Shown in pieces: positions 41,855 through 58,379 of a stretch of DNA of 64,000 nucleotides. Made by a program: the position numbers and the translations under genes. Under the pieces are notes generated by a model. It was given only the letters and a program-made list of their open reading frames with translations. It was not told where the DNA came from and made no database searches. Source of the DNA: Eledone cirrhosa (Eukaryota); assembly GCA_964016885.1 (NCBI GenBank), contig OZ024742.1, positions 59,272,001 through 59,336,000 of the forward strand, read 5' to 3'. Within the stretch, counting starts at the first letter, position 1; each line of letters starts with the position of its first letter.

Positions 41855-42059
41855 TATGTATACGTACATACATATATGTATACAGACGTACAGAAGTATG
41901 TATATATATACATACATGCACAGATATATATATATATGTACGTATGGATTTACCGAACATTTATTATAATGCTCGGTTTGTTTGTAAACAAACATCCCGA
42001 ATTAAGCCGTACAGTGTTTAGCAACCATCGTTGCCACTTTTGTTCCCACTGACAAAGGA

Positions 42060-42102
42060 ACGATGTACTAGTTTCAAGCTTATTAACTATCGTCAGCACC
42101 GT
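42060..42102 (-). ncRNA. Minimal type I hammerhead ribozyme
   Basis: Minus strand: acggtg CTGACGA tagttaataagctt GAAA ctag TA catcgt. Confidence 0.7.
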
Positions 42103-42526
42103 ATACCTTCCTGCCAGAAGATCGAACGTCTGAAAGTATATATTTTCCTTATGCCTATTAACGGCTAAGTAGCCTAATTTGCAGATCGAGTGAATTAATC
42201 GGCCGGGCGCACCGAAAACGGTAAATGGAAAAAAATGAAACGAAATTTCATTTCTCACTCTTAGTGCGGCTGTTACTTAAATATAAGTATGTATACGTAC
42301 ATACATATATGTATACAGACGTACAGTAGTATGTATATATATATATACATACATGCACACATATATATATGTACGTATGGATTTACCGAACGTTTATTAT
42401 ACATTTTTCCATTTATCGTTTTCGGCGCGCCCGGCCGATTAACTCACTTGATATGCAAATTAGGCTACTCAGCCGTTAATATGCATAAGGAAAGTATATA
42501 CTTTCAGACGTTCAATCATCTGGCAG

Positions 42527-42572
42527 GAAGGTGCCGACGATAGCTAATAAGCTTGAAACTAGTACATCGTTC
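42527..42572 (+). ncRNA. Minimal hammerhead copy (U4C variant)
   Basis: aaggtg CCGACGA tagctaataagctt GAAA ctag TA catcgt. Confidence 0.55.
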
Positions 42573-42831
42573 CTTTGTCAGTGTTGAACAAACGAGCAAC
42601 GATGGTTGCTAGACACTGTACGGTTTAATACGGGATGTTTGTTTACAAACAAACCGAGCATTATAATAAATGTTCGGTAAATCCATACGTACATATATAT
42701 ATGTGTGCATGTATGTATATATATACATACTACTGTACGTCTGTATACATATATGTATGTACGCATACATACTTATATTTAAGTAACAGCCGTATTAAGT
42801 GTGAGAAATGAAATTTCGTTTCATTTTTTCC

Positions 42832-42884
<53 letters not shown>

Positions 42885-42906
42885 TATATATATATATATA
42901 GGTATA

Positions 42907-43385
42907 TGAAGACCAGTCCCTAGGAGTTTTAAAGTAGTGACTTCTTACTTATTCTCGGCAAAAGCAAAGGAGAGTGTTCGACAGTCCTGTTTCTCGCTCG
43001 TTAGCGTTTATCAAGACCACTCATAGTTTCGCTCCTGCCGAGAGTTATAGGAGTTGGATTCTTATAGAATTCTAGTAATATCTAAGAGTTGATTAAACAG
43101 AGCGGTTGCCGGTCCAGCAAAAATCAGGTATTAGTTTTGGTGCTCTGAAATAGCGATGTAACATGAATGTATGTATAGTATATTTATCAATATAGTGTAT
43201 CTTTTAATTAAAAACATATTGAAGACCATTCGCTATGAGTTTTAAAGTAGCGACTATATCACTTACCTATTCTAGGTAAAGGCAAATGTGAGTGAACGAC
43301 AGTCCTGTTTCTCGCTCGTTAGCGTTTATGACGACCATACACGCCTTCGCTTCTGCCGAGATATATAGAAGCTGGATTCTTATAA
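42907..43385. repeat. Diverged direct repeat (about 160 bp twice, period about 313) with a degenerate hammerhead fold
   Basis: tgaagacca..gagttttaaagtag..cgacagtcctgtttctcgctcgttagcgtttat..ggattcttata occurs twice. Confidence 0.8.
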
Positions 43386-43403
43386 TATATATATATATAT
43401 ATC

Positions 43404-43480
<77 letters not shown>

Positions 43481-43700
43481 ATATATCTGCAGACATGTGC
43501 ATATATACCCATACATACATTCATACACACATAGACATATGTATTTATATGCGTGCATGCAAACATTGATTGACCATAAATACGACCTACTTAGTGGAAA
43601 GTTTCTAAAAAATTGCAAGAACGTAACATCATCGCCATTAAGATTGCCCGAACCCCAACACACAGACATTGAATATTATAGAAGGAACCCCCCCCCCAGC

Positions 43701-43757
<57 letters not shown>

Positions 43758-43772
43758 CATACATATATATAA

Positions 43773-47483
<3,711 letters not shown>

Positions 47484-47781
47484 GAACATATTCATTAAAT
47501 ACACTATAAAGTTTTACATGAACTCGCTCGTTATTCCTAAAATGTGCTGGCCTTGAGGTATTGTATGAACATTGTATAAATATTTTACGCGAGGGTTATT
47601 TCATAATGCTGCTAATTAATAAATAAATGGGAGTCGCATCCAGTAGTGTTTGGTGTTAATTAGAATGAAACTGTTTCGGAGATATATCTGTCTAATGAGC
47701 GACTGTTGTTATGGAGATAAAGCAATTATTCATGCCGGCCTAATATTCTATAATATTAATCACGCAATGATGAGGAAGAGA

Positions 47782-47910
<129 letters not shown>

Positions 47911-48516
47911 GGGAGGATATCTGTATATATGTGTATATGTGTATAAATATCTATCATGAAATTTTTACTGATATCTATTATGAACTTTAAAAATTACCGG
48001 CTCGTGAAACAGAAAAATAAATATTCCTGCCGCTATGATGTATGGGATCTTCTTTTCGCTCTTCTCGTACCCACTGCTCATGCTTGTCACTTCCGTCACC
48101 CCAGGGCTTTTGTTATCCTTTCCTGTCGTGACTTGGTACCAACTGGATGCACTTTACTTCTATCTCTGATCTGTCTTTCTATCTAATTTGCTCGTTTTAT
48201 CGCGTACACATCATACCAGCAGAAATATTTGTTGGATGCGCCGGCAATCTTATGCGGTCCTATCAAATAAATCTTGCGAAACTACAGTCGGTTTGAGATC
48301 TGAAGAAATTAAAAGATGTTATATCTTTCTTCCTATCATTTCTGTAGGCCAACATACTTCTAGCCACCTATTTCTGTCCTTTGAGGTAATTTTTATCCAA
48401 CGCTGTCATTGGTGGCATTTTAACAGCTATTCTTGCGTAGAGTTTTCCTCATTGTTCGACGAATTCTGATACAGTTGCGTTCCAAAGTGGTATTTGAGAC
48501 ATTATATATATGTATA

Positions 48517-49401
48517 CGAGGTGTGTCAGAAAAGTTCCAGGACTGATGTCACAAAAGATTTATTTCAAACCCAAACTTCACACTAAGAGTTTTCTCCTTC
48601 AAAGTAATCCCCCTGGAGTCTAATGTACTTTTCCATCCTTTTCTGCCACGCTTGCATGCACTCCTGGAAGGATTCTTCCGGGATCCTCCGCAGTTCCGTC
48701 GTCACGGCCGTTTTGATGTCGTCCACGTCTTCAAAACGGGTCCCCTCCGGATCGTACTCGAAGATGCATGACTCATCACCGGTGATGACTGCCCCTAGCA
48801 GGTTTAGTTCGGTTTCAAGACGCCCGAGGATGTCCTGGCACACTTGCATGTGTCGACCCTTCTGGTCATCGTTCAGCAGTTTTGGCACCATCTTCGCGCA
48901 GACTTTCCGCATGTCCAAATCTTCAGTGAGAATCTTCCAGACACTGTCCCGATTCATGCCCGGCTCTTTTGCCATCAGTCGAACAGTCAGCTGACGATCG
49001 CTACGCACCATCTGCCTAACGCGCTCAACGTTGACCTCAGTCCTGGTTGTTGAGGGCCTTTCGCTCCTGGAGTCATCTGGCACCACTCAAAAACACGTGA
49101 GCGTGACATCGTCTCATCTCCATACACTGCTGCAGCAATCTCAGTGCTTCTGACAGAGTTTTCCCCAACCGTACCAGAAACTTCAAGTTTGTTTGTTGCT
49201 CTGTGCTCATTGCTTGACGACCTAAAACAGAGAGCATGTATATAAAATTATGAAGAAAAAAGTTTGATCGCTGCAGAGAACTAAGATTACAGTTAAATAC
49301 TCCAGGGGGATTACTTTAAAGGAGAAAACTCTTAGTGTGAAGTTTGGGTTTGAAATAAATCTTTTGTGACCTCAGTCCTGGAACTTTTCTGACGCACCTC
49401 G
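48517..49401 (-). mobile_element. Internally deleted mariner element with 103-bp TIRs and TA TSD
   Basis: TIRs 48517-48619 and 49299-49401. Transposase remnant RPST, MRKVCAKMVPK, ITGDE..FEYDPE fused to RFEDVDDI..GDYFE. Confidence 0.92.
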
Positions 49402-49440
49402 TATATATATATATGTATATTTGAGACATTATATATATAT

Positions 49441-49603
49441 AGGGTCGGACGCCATGCTTTCCAGCATAGTTACGTCCCTTTACGATCTGAGTTCAAATCC
49501 CGCCGAGGTTGACTTTGCCTTTCATCCTTACGGGGTCGATAAAATAAAGTACCAGTAATGCACTGGGTAATTGCTGGCCTTGTGCCTAAAGTAGAAACAA
49601 TTA
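49441..49603 (+). mobile_element. SINE family A
   Basis: B box, core and tail present. Confidence 0.9.
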
Positions 49604-50399
49604 TATATATATATAAATGTATGTGCGCGCGCGGGCGCGTGTGTGTGCGTGCGTATGTATGAGTGCGTATGTATGAGTATGTATGAGTGTGTCTTTCCCA
49701 TTAAATCTATGTATATTTGATGGATTAACTGCCTAAGATTTTTCCGATTTTGTATAATACTTTAGTTAAATGTAGCATAAAATGGAATATTTATTTGGTT
49801 TTATTTGAAATAACTGATTCTGGAAACCTTCATACTTACAATAGGTTAAACTGACAGTAGATTTATTTTAAAAAAAAGAAAGTAATGTTAAAAGAGTTAA
49901 ATGTATTGAAATTATACATACTATTTCAATGTGTTAAAGATTATCGAATTTTAAGTTCTGACACATTTTTATAGCATTTTTATCGTGTAATAAAAATTTT
50001 CAATAAATAAATCTTCATTGTAAATAAAATTAGTAGCGAAGATAGTTTTCAATCGTACGGTGAATGGACGCCAATTTTGTTGTCTTCATTATCGACGAAA
50101 TTCACACATTTGTCAGCGATTGACCCAATTAAATATCGCTTAATTAGCATGACTCCAGTAACTGTGAAAATAATTCACATTGTCATCCTCCAACGTTGAT
50201 TAAGTTTCTATGAATCCATTTGTGGTTATTGTGTGATGAGGTAGAATTATTAGTTTGCATTAGTATAATATTCACCTAATCTGATTTGCTAGAAAATGGG
50301 CCACAGGATCGATGGGTTCTTATAAATATTAGGTCCGAAAATACGTTGGAATGTGAACATCTGTTCTTTTTATGTACTAGGATTCTGGGCATCCATTTT

Positions 50400-50710
50400 C
50401 GGTTCCGACGGCGAACGTTCCATTTTTTCGAACAACAGAACCACGGCTAAAGAAATCAACGTGCAAGTGACCGAGCATTCCACAGACATATGCACCCTTA
50501 AATTAGTTTTCAGGGAAATTCAGCGTGACACAGTGTATGGCATGGTTCTACTTTGGAATTATAGGTGCACATCATATTTTTTCAGCTGAGTGTACAGGAG
50601 CAACAAAACGTGTCTTGAAGAACATAATGTGCTGTTTGGTCGAGTAATCGAAATTGAAACATTACGATTGTGAGCCAAAGACCTTAACCACTAAGCCACG
50701 CACCTTCACT
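50400..50710 (-). mobile_element. Degenerate SINE family B
   Basis: aacgtgcaagtgaccgagcattccacagac..aaccactaagccacgcacc. Confidence 0.7.
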
Positions 50711-51201
50711 TTATGTTTTATACCACTCTTATATCACACACATGTGCTATGCTCACACACGCACACACACGATGAATATTGCACTTGTTCTATAAACTGA
50801 ACTATCTAATTCAAGTGTAATTGACTGAATATTCCGCAGACACTCGTACTTTAGTGTGTGTTAGGGTGTGACAACGCTGGCCTTTTAGTTACAAATAAAG
50901 TCAAGCTAATTGCTTTCGGGGCAGTTTCCATCGATACTATTTCACTTATAATGCTTCGCTTTTGACATACGGGTAATTGTTATGGCACATGGTCAGGATG
51001 TCACGCTAACTGACCGAAAATGGAACTTCACGATTGCGAAGCAAACTTCTTAAGCACTCGGTCATATATAAACATCCATATACTATCTATCAGTCAAAAC
51101 CTTACATATTTATTTATATATCCATATAACTTTGCTATGAATGTTTTAACCATATAACATTTTGAAATATATTTTCTTGCCTTTCATCTTACAGCGCAAA
51201 C

Positions 51202-51234
<33 letters not shown>

Positions 51235-52129
51235 GTAACAACAACCCTATTATTAATACTGTTTTTGCTACTACTAATAATAATGATGTTGGTGATGATA
51301 AAAATAATACTAATAACAACAACAACAACTAATAATAATAATAATAATAATAATAAACTATGATTATCCTTCTTAGTTCAATGTATTTAATTCAAGAATT
51401 ATGTCCTTTAAGTTCCAGCTCATTGGGTAACTATTGAACATTACTTCAACTCTCAATAAACCTCTGTAATAAAATAGCGTGGAATATTTCGAAGCAGTTA
51501 AGTGAAACCAGAAATCCTTCTAATTTAGGCAATATTAGTGAAAGTCTAAGTTGGTAGTTTTCCTTAGTTGAATGGAGATCCAGCAAGTGTTTGTTCACGC
51601 TGCATAGATCATGGATGAATGGATGAAGGGGTGGAACTGGAGTGTTGTAAATTTGTATTTTTCACTCTTTATTTTAAAAAATTATTCTATGATGTATTGA
51701 TAGGGGTTATGTATTGTATGAGGTAATATTTCGCAGTATAGTTATATAAGTTAGAAGTAGCTGAATGAGCCAACTGCTTTACATATGGTGGCGAATAGCA
51801 ACACAGTTGTGGAGATACAGAATCATAGAAAAAGCTAGCATAGGCTCAGATGTGAAGTGTGGTTAAAGAGTTCACTTAGAAAAGAGTTCACTTAGAAAAC
51901 ATGTAATTTTGGATTTATTCCCATTGCATATCCCTCTGCGCAAATATCTTCTATAAACATAAAAAAACCACAATTGAATACATATGCATATATATTATCA
52001 TTTTTTGGAATGTGGCCTTCGGCTTTGTCTCTTGCGGCGATCTCCTGGTAGTTTATGCAGCAGAAGACACTCAGCATGAAAGTTATTAATTGGATGGTGG
52101 ATTTGATGACAATCCATATCAATCGCTGG

Positions 52130-52310
52130 TTTCGAATATGAACATAGAGATGTGACTACTCGGTGCGTGTGGAACATTTCTGCATTTGTTATGCGTTCTT
52201 GGTATGTTTCGCCACAGATGATGCGCAGACAATTTGTGTGAAATGTGTTCACTGCTCGTTTTTGTTTTTGCGTATGCACGATGCATAAAGAAACATTGGC
52301 AGGCATAGTG
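52130..52310 (-). mobile_element. RTE-like thumb fragment
   Basis: NTFHTNCLRIICGETYQERITNAEM. Confidence 0.55.
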
Positions 52311-52469
52311 TATTATACATCCGTTACTTCAGATGAATACTGATGCTCGCTTTCGAAATCTGTCGAAGGTCACTCATTGCCTTATAGGCTAATACTCTCC
52401 TGTGAGGCATGTCTTCCTCACCCGTGTGATTAAAGCCAACGATACTTGAGCCTAAGGAGATAAAGCTAA

Positions 52470-52740
52470 CGGTTCTTCTGTAGTAAGTATCAATGGAAAA
52501 CAAAACAGTGAATTTAATATAACGAAAGTCATATTACAAGGATATACTTTAGCACCATATATATTTGTCATCATTATCGACCACATTCTTAAAGCAGCAG
52601 CACATCTGGAAGCCGGTATTCAGCTCACATCTGGTATCAAGTTATCAAACCTGGCATTCGCAGATTATATTTCTTTAATTGTGCCTTCAATACAGAAAGC
52701 GCAAGATCATTTAAATGGTGCGTGGTCATAATTATAAAAC
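52470..52740 (+). mobile_element. RTE-like RT fragment
   Basis: ILQGYTLAPYIFVIIIDHIL...LSNLAFADYI, i.e. degenerate QG and FADD motifs. Confidence 0.6.
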
Positions 52741-53329
52741 TTGGTAGTTATCGAAAACAGACAAAATACAATATGTAATTGGCGTTTGGTCAGTCGATGG
52801 CTTGTGGGAGACATTAAATCAGTGGGGGTGTGGGAACTTAACTAGAGTAGAAAAGGAGACGCTGAAATTAAAGAAAGGGGTATATAGGGGAATGGGTAAT
52901 ATTCTGTACAAAAATAATAAATGAATGGTGGCTAGGAGAGTAGTGGTTTAGAAATGTAGAAATAGGGAGAAGAACTAAAGAAGATAAGGTTAGAATTGTC
53001 AATTAGATGACCACATTTGAAGTCAAATAGGCGTCATAGTCGCAGCATGTAGTACGAGGAAAACGGCTGTTATTGAGGTGGTGATATATGATATATGATT
53101 ATGAGGAGAAACATTTTATGAGCAACTAAGGGATTGAAAGTAATTAAAATTATTATACGAGTTTTAAGTTTATACTAAATACTGCCAGCACGTGGGACAC
53201 CATTTGCTCATTATACAGAGAGATTGTGAGGGCGAGAGAGATGGGGGAGATGACGGTGGGAGTTCGGCTCTTCCGTGTTCGGACACATTGCACCTGTCAT
53301 GTGGATCACGTGTGGATCATTTTTGTACG

Positions 53330-54119
53330 TTTCGTTTTTACCACATCCGTTCCTATTGGGTAACACCAGTTGTAACTATAACAACTATTTTGCAAAAGAG
53401 ACCGTCTTCTGTGTATTAGGCGGGTAGCTAGCTTGATTCGAACAGTTTCGCTATTGTGGCAGAATTATGAAACAATTTGCCTTCTTTTCTTAGTAAAAAA
53501 ACAATCCAATGAAGTTTGGAGGTTTTGATTTCGAATCGTGTAAGATCGTATTGGTAGCGTGGTTGCTATGGTATGCGTTAGATATTTGTGTATGGGTATG
53601 GGGGAGAATAATATATGGTCGTATTAACTTAATGTTTATCTATCGGTGTGCGTATTCCCTAAATTGCAATGCAATTTAAGTGTTGTGCGGTTGCATATGT
53701 ATTGCAGCAAACTTTGTATATCGTCTATGTTCTACATATATGATGGTATCGTTGTGTTTATGTTAAGGGTTGTGGGCTGTTGTTGGTGTTGTATAGTTAA
53801 GGAAAAATTGAATTGGGATTGGCTGGAAAGGTGTTTAGATATGTATAGGTTGAAGATACGTACTAGCAGGCACTGTATTTAGAGAAAGGTTTTAAAGTTT
53901 TATGCTGGCAATTGAAGATCTGGTCCTGTCTGGAATTTTAATAGATCCCAAGATGTTCAGCACTTTAAGTGAGCAAATCTCACATTCACGTCGCTTGCTA
54001 TAAGGTCTGGTCGATCAAACAATTGACCAGGAAATATTATATCTGATATTATCCTGTTTAATTCCCAGATTTCATGTCAAGCACCGTTGATATTTATGAG
54101 TTTGGGTGCTTAAATGTGT

Positions 54120-54162
<43 letters not shown>

Positions 54163-55130
54163 CAGAAAGCTTTATTTTAAAAGAAGTTTTAAGTAATGCC
54201 TACATATTTATGCGTACCCGGGTTCGAGTTAATTTTACACTCATAATATTTTCATATGGACATTTTCCCATCAAAAAGCATTTATCAGGTTGTTTATATT
54301 TCATATGTGCTGACCAAGGTTTGGTCCTTTTCGAGGTTTTGGAGTAGCCTTGAATTCCTTAATGGGTTGAATGAGATTGATTCATTTGTTTCTTGAGTTT
54401 TCTGTTTCGTTATATGTGTTGTTTCTATTTATGACGCTACCAGCTTTCCGTTCATGTGTTATATTTGTTATAAGTGTAGAGAGGTTTAAGGTTTAAATCA
54501 GCCTGATGGTTCGCCTGTTCAAGATATTATTGTATCTATGGGAAGGAGGACAGTTGTATTTATTACCCTAGAGATATTTGTTTCTACCTCAGTACTATAT
54601 TGAGATATGATTTGGAGCGTAACCTATTCGGTATGACGTTGGTTAGGGATTTTATTTGTTTATCGTCTATGGTTTCATTTGGTACAGGATTTATATAATA
54701 CGCATGCCTTCGTTGTTTGTATTGGTACGTGTGTGCATTTTTGATCGCAGGTTTAAATGATTTCCAGAGTGGAGATGCATACTTATGTGATTTACGTACG
54801 TTCAGGACATATTTGTTTGTGCTATTGAATCCAGCCCTACGGAGTACTGCATTATTTTACTCCAGATAATATGTGTGTATGTATAACCGATATATCAATA
54901 AGAAGGTAGGAATGTCTCATACTGTGTGTGTATATCTCTAGAATAATGACAGAAATGTGATATCTATTGTAAGACCTTGTTTTCTATCTTCTATATGTTT
55001 ATTGATTATTGATGTTATCTTGTTCCATTAGTATACTTGTTTAACTGACAATCACTCGGTCGTAAAATTCCATATTATCTACATGCATCCTACGTTAGTA
55101 GTTTTAATAAAGACCTCGGAAATATTTTGA
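53330..55130 (-). mobile_element. Highly decayed second Penelope-like element
   Basis: ccagccctacggagtactgcattat resembles 46013-46036 of the intact copy. NCPP-like and TGVTQ-like remnants. No ORF. Confidence 0.45.
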
Positions 55131-55210
55131 AAATAGGTATTTTGTCTCTCATTATCTCTTCTTTTTTTAATCTCAGACAATTCTTTCTCTTTGAGATTCT
55201 TTCAATCTTT

Positions 55211-55479
<269 letters not shown>

Positions 55480-55601
55480 TAACAGATTAAATTTTAAGCA
55501 AAGAATCAATCGCTGCTTTCACCCTTAACGAGATCTTCTGAAAGTCATTATCTCTTTCTTTGGATTTTAGTCTTCAAATTTATTATTATTATTATATATA
55601 T

Positions 55602-56094
55602 AGGGCGGTGGATTGGCAGTATCGGTAGAGGGTCGGACGCCATGCTTTCCAGCATAGTTACGTCCCTTTACGATCTGAGTTCAAATCCCGCCGAGGTTGA
55701 CTTTGCTTTTCATCCTTACGGGGTCGATAAAATAAAGTACCAGTAATGCACTGGGTATTTGCTGGCCTTGTGCCTAAAGTAGAAACAATTATTATATATA
55801 TATATATATATATATTATTATTATTATATATATATATAAAATACCAGTAATGCATTGGATAATTGCTGGCCTTGTGCCAAAAGTAGAAACAATTATTATT
55901 ATATATATAATGGCGGTGGATTGGCAGTATCGGTAGAGGGTCGGACGCCATGCTTTCCAGCATAGTTACGTCCCTTTACGATCTGAGTTCAAATCGCGCC
56001 GAGGTTGACTTTGCCTTTCATCCTTACGGGGTCGATAAAATAAAGTACCAGTAATGCACTGGGTAATTGCTGGCCTTGTACCTAAAGTAGAAAC

Positions 56095-56099
<5 letters not shown>
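55602..56099 (+). mobile_element. Two full SINE family A copies plus one tail fragment
   Basis: 55602-55790, 55840-55893 and 55911-56099. Confidence 0.9.
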
Positions 56100-56142
<43 letters not shown>

Positions 56143-56204
56143 GATGAGATATACAATATATATATATATATATTGGAGATTATATATATGCAATTTTTAT
56201 ATAT

Positions 56205-56249
<45 letters not shown>

Positions 56250-56345
56250 TTTCTGACTTGACCACTGCCACGTCACAGTTCTTAGCCATTTTGAATTCGT
56301 TTCTGGCGGGGATCATTTAAGAAATATCTTTGTCCAAGTGAGTTT

Positions 56346-56426
56346 GTTTCCTGATGATTTCGAAGCTGGAGAATTTATCCTTGATAGGATATTTCCGAAA
56401 GCGAACGAAACCCTAACGGTAGAAAC
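56346..56426 (+). ncRNA. Type I hammerhead ribozyme with extended stem II
   Basis: gtttc CTGATGA (t)ttcg...cgaa(c) GAAA cc-ctaac-gg TA gaaac. Confidence 0.7.
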
Positions 56427-56718
56427 GTAATCCTGGTATGTGTATATGCAGTTTTTCTTCTAACTTTAATTTTATACCTAATTGTGCATGGTTGACGGTA
56501 TTTTTAATCGATTTCCACGTGCTATTGAAATGCTGGGTAAATATTCTATAGCGGTTGATCGCGAATACATTGCTGTCGTTTATTTATCTACTATTTCTTC
56601 ATAGGTGCCCTTTAATCTTATAGCCTGATTTAATTGTTTTTTGTGTGGTTGATTATGCTAATTGGGAGAGGAAATGGTGTATATATATTATCAAATGATT
56701 CTATGGACATACTTTATA

Positions 56719-56784
<66 letters not shown>

Positions 56785-56864
56785 CGAAGGAAATGTGGTA
56801 AGGAACCAGGTGGACCATAACGCACCAAAGTACTCAATACTTGGGGTAGTAGAGTGGGTAATAG

Positions 56865-56967
56865 GAACCAGTAAGACCCCGACGGCTGAGCTCAAGCCGT
56901 TTCGACGGCTAATTCTCCAGAATTAGCCGTCGAAACGGCTTGAGCTCAGCCGTCGGGGTCTTACTGG

Positions 56968-56970
<3 letters not shown>
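56865..56970. repeat. Perfect palindrome, 52-bp arms with 2-nt spacer
   Basis: 56865-56916 is the exact reverse complement of 56919-56970. Confidence 0.97.
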
Positions 56971-57026
<56 letters not shown>

Positions 57027-57150
57027 GTGTATTATTGGTTGTGTCAAACGGTCCAATAAATTTTTGTTAGCAATATTAAGTTCTCCACGCTTTTGTATAT
57101 CTACAATTCCATTTATGGGAACAGCTAAATGCTGTAAAACGGAATATTTG

Positions 57151-58371
57151 TATCAAAATAAAGATCCGAAGGCATGGTTTAAATTTCCAATCATTTTAAT
57201 CACGAGACATGTTTCAATAAGAGATAGATCGATCGTGTAGCGATGATCGAATATCACTGATCTCGTCAGGTGAAAATGAATTGTCTTCAAATCCTTGATA
57301 TGAGGGAGAAAATTAACGATGTTCCCTCACAGAGTTTAGTCCCTCATATGAAGATAAAGCAGTCAAAACACGGCGACTGCTATCGTCTTCAGTTAGGGTC
57401 AGTTAGGGTCATAAAACTATCAAGTTTAAAACTATCAAAACTATCAAGCTTAAAACTATCAAGTTTAAAACTATCAAAACTATCAAGCTTAAAAGCCCAA
57501 GGGCCCATATGACGGGAAATCGCACAGACTGACACCTTAACCCAAATACTCAACTCTTGACAAAGCCCTTTGGTGGCCTACATAGCGGTTGCTTGCACGC
57601 ACGTATTTGGGGACTCAGATTCTCAATGGGACAACGGCACATACTGAGTTCGATATGAGCTGACTACTTGCTCTTGACATGGATGTGTATATACTTAAAC
57701 ATACACTTTTTTGGACGATACGGATGTGTATATACCATAACATACACTATTTGGAGATACGGATGTTACAATTCAATCTATACACGTATAGCAGAACATT
57801 GAACTGAACTTACTTGCGCGTGTATAGGGTTGCGGTTGACCCAATTTTGTGAATACTATGTTGGTATATTTATATTTTTTCTTTGACCTCGCGTCGGTGT
57901 GTGTGAGTGTGTGTGTACTTACTCACACTAACTGTGACCGTCTATAGTTCTACAGATTTGATGCTATGTTAGTATATGTATATCTATTTCTTTGACCTCG
58001 CGTCGGTGTGTGTGAGTGTGTGTGTACCTACTCACATTAACTGTGACCGACTGTAATTCTACAGATTTGATTCATGACCAGCGTCTATTACAGCTATTGG
58101 GACATAGAGACTTGATAGTTTTATGACCCTAACTGAAGACGATAGCAGTCGCCGTGTTTTGACTGCTTGATCTTCATATGAGACTAAACTCTGTGAGTGA
58201 ACATCATTAATTTTCTCCCTCATATCAAGGATTTGAAGACAATTCATTTTCACCTGACGAGATCAGTGATAATCGATCATGGCTACACGATCGATCTATC
58301 TCTTATTGAAACATGTGTCGTGATTAAAATGATGGGAAATTTATACCATGACTTCGGATTTTATTTTGATA
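57151..58371. mobile_element. Non-coding element with about 265-bp inverted arms, each with a hammerhead-like core, and internal tandem duplications
   Basis: 57151-57425 mirrors 58110-58371. Internal aaaactatc(aagctt) array and a duplication of about 108 bp within 57855-58070. Confidence 0.85.
58250..58323 (+). ncRNA. Type I hammerhead candidate (mirror copy at 57200-57273, minus strand)
   Basis: tcac CTGACGA gat...att GAAA catgtg TC gtga. Confidence 0.55.
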
Positions 58372-58379
58372 TATATATA

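Larger units (their letters stand above)
41851..42836. mobile_element. Non-coding pLTR/retrozyme-like element: partial tandem plus inverted copies of a unit of about 430 bp, between (TA)n tracts
   Basis: Sequence at 41851 restarts at about 42285. About 42401-42836 is the inverted unit. Third copy at 58380-58750. Confidence 0.8.

Noticed and set aside
57412-57495. Short repeat array superficially like CRISPR
   Set aside because: No unique spacers and a eukaryotic context; it is a minisatellite.
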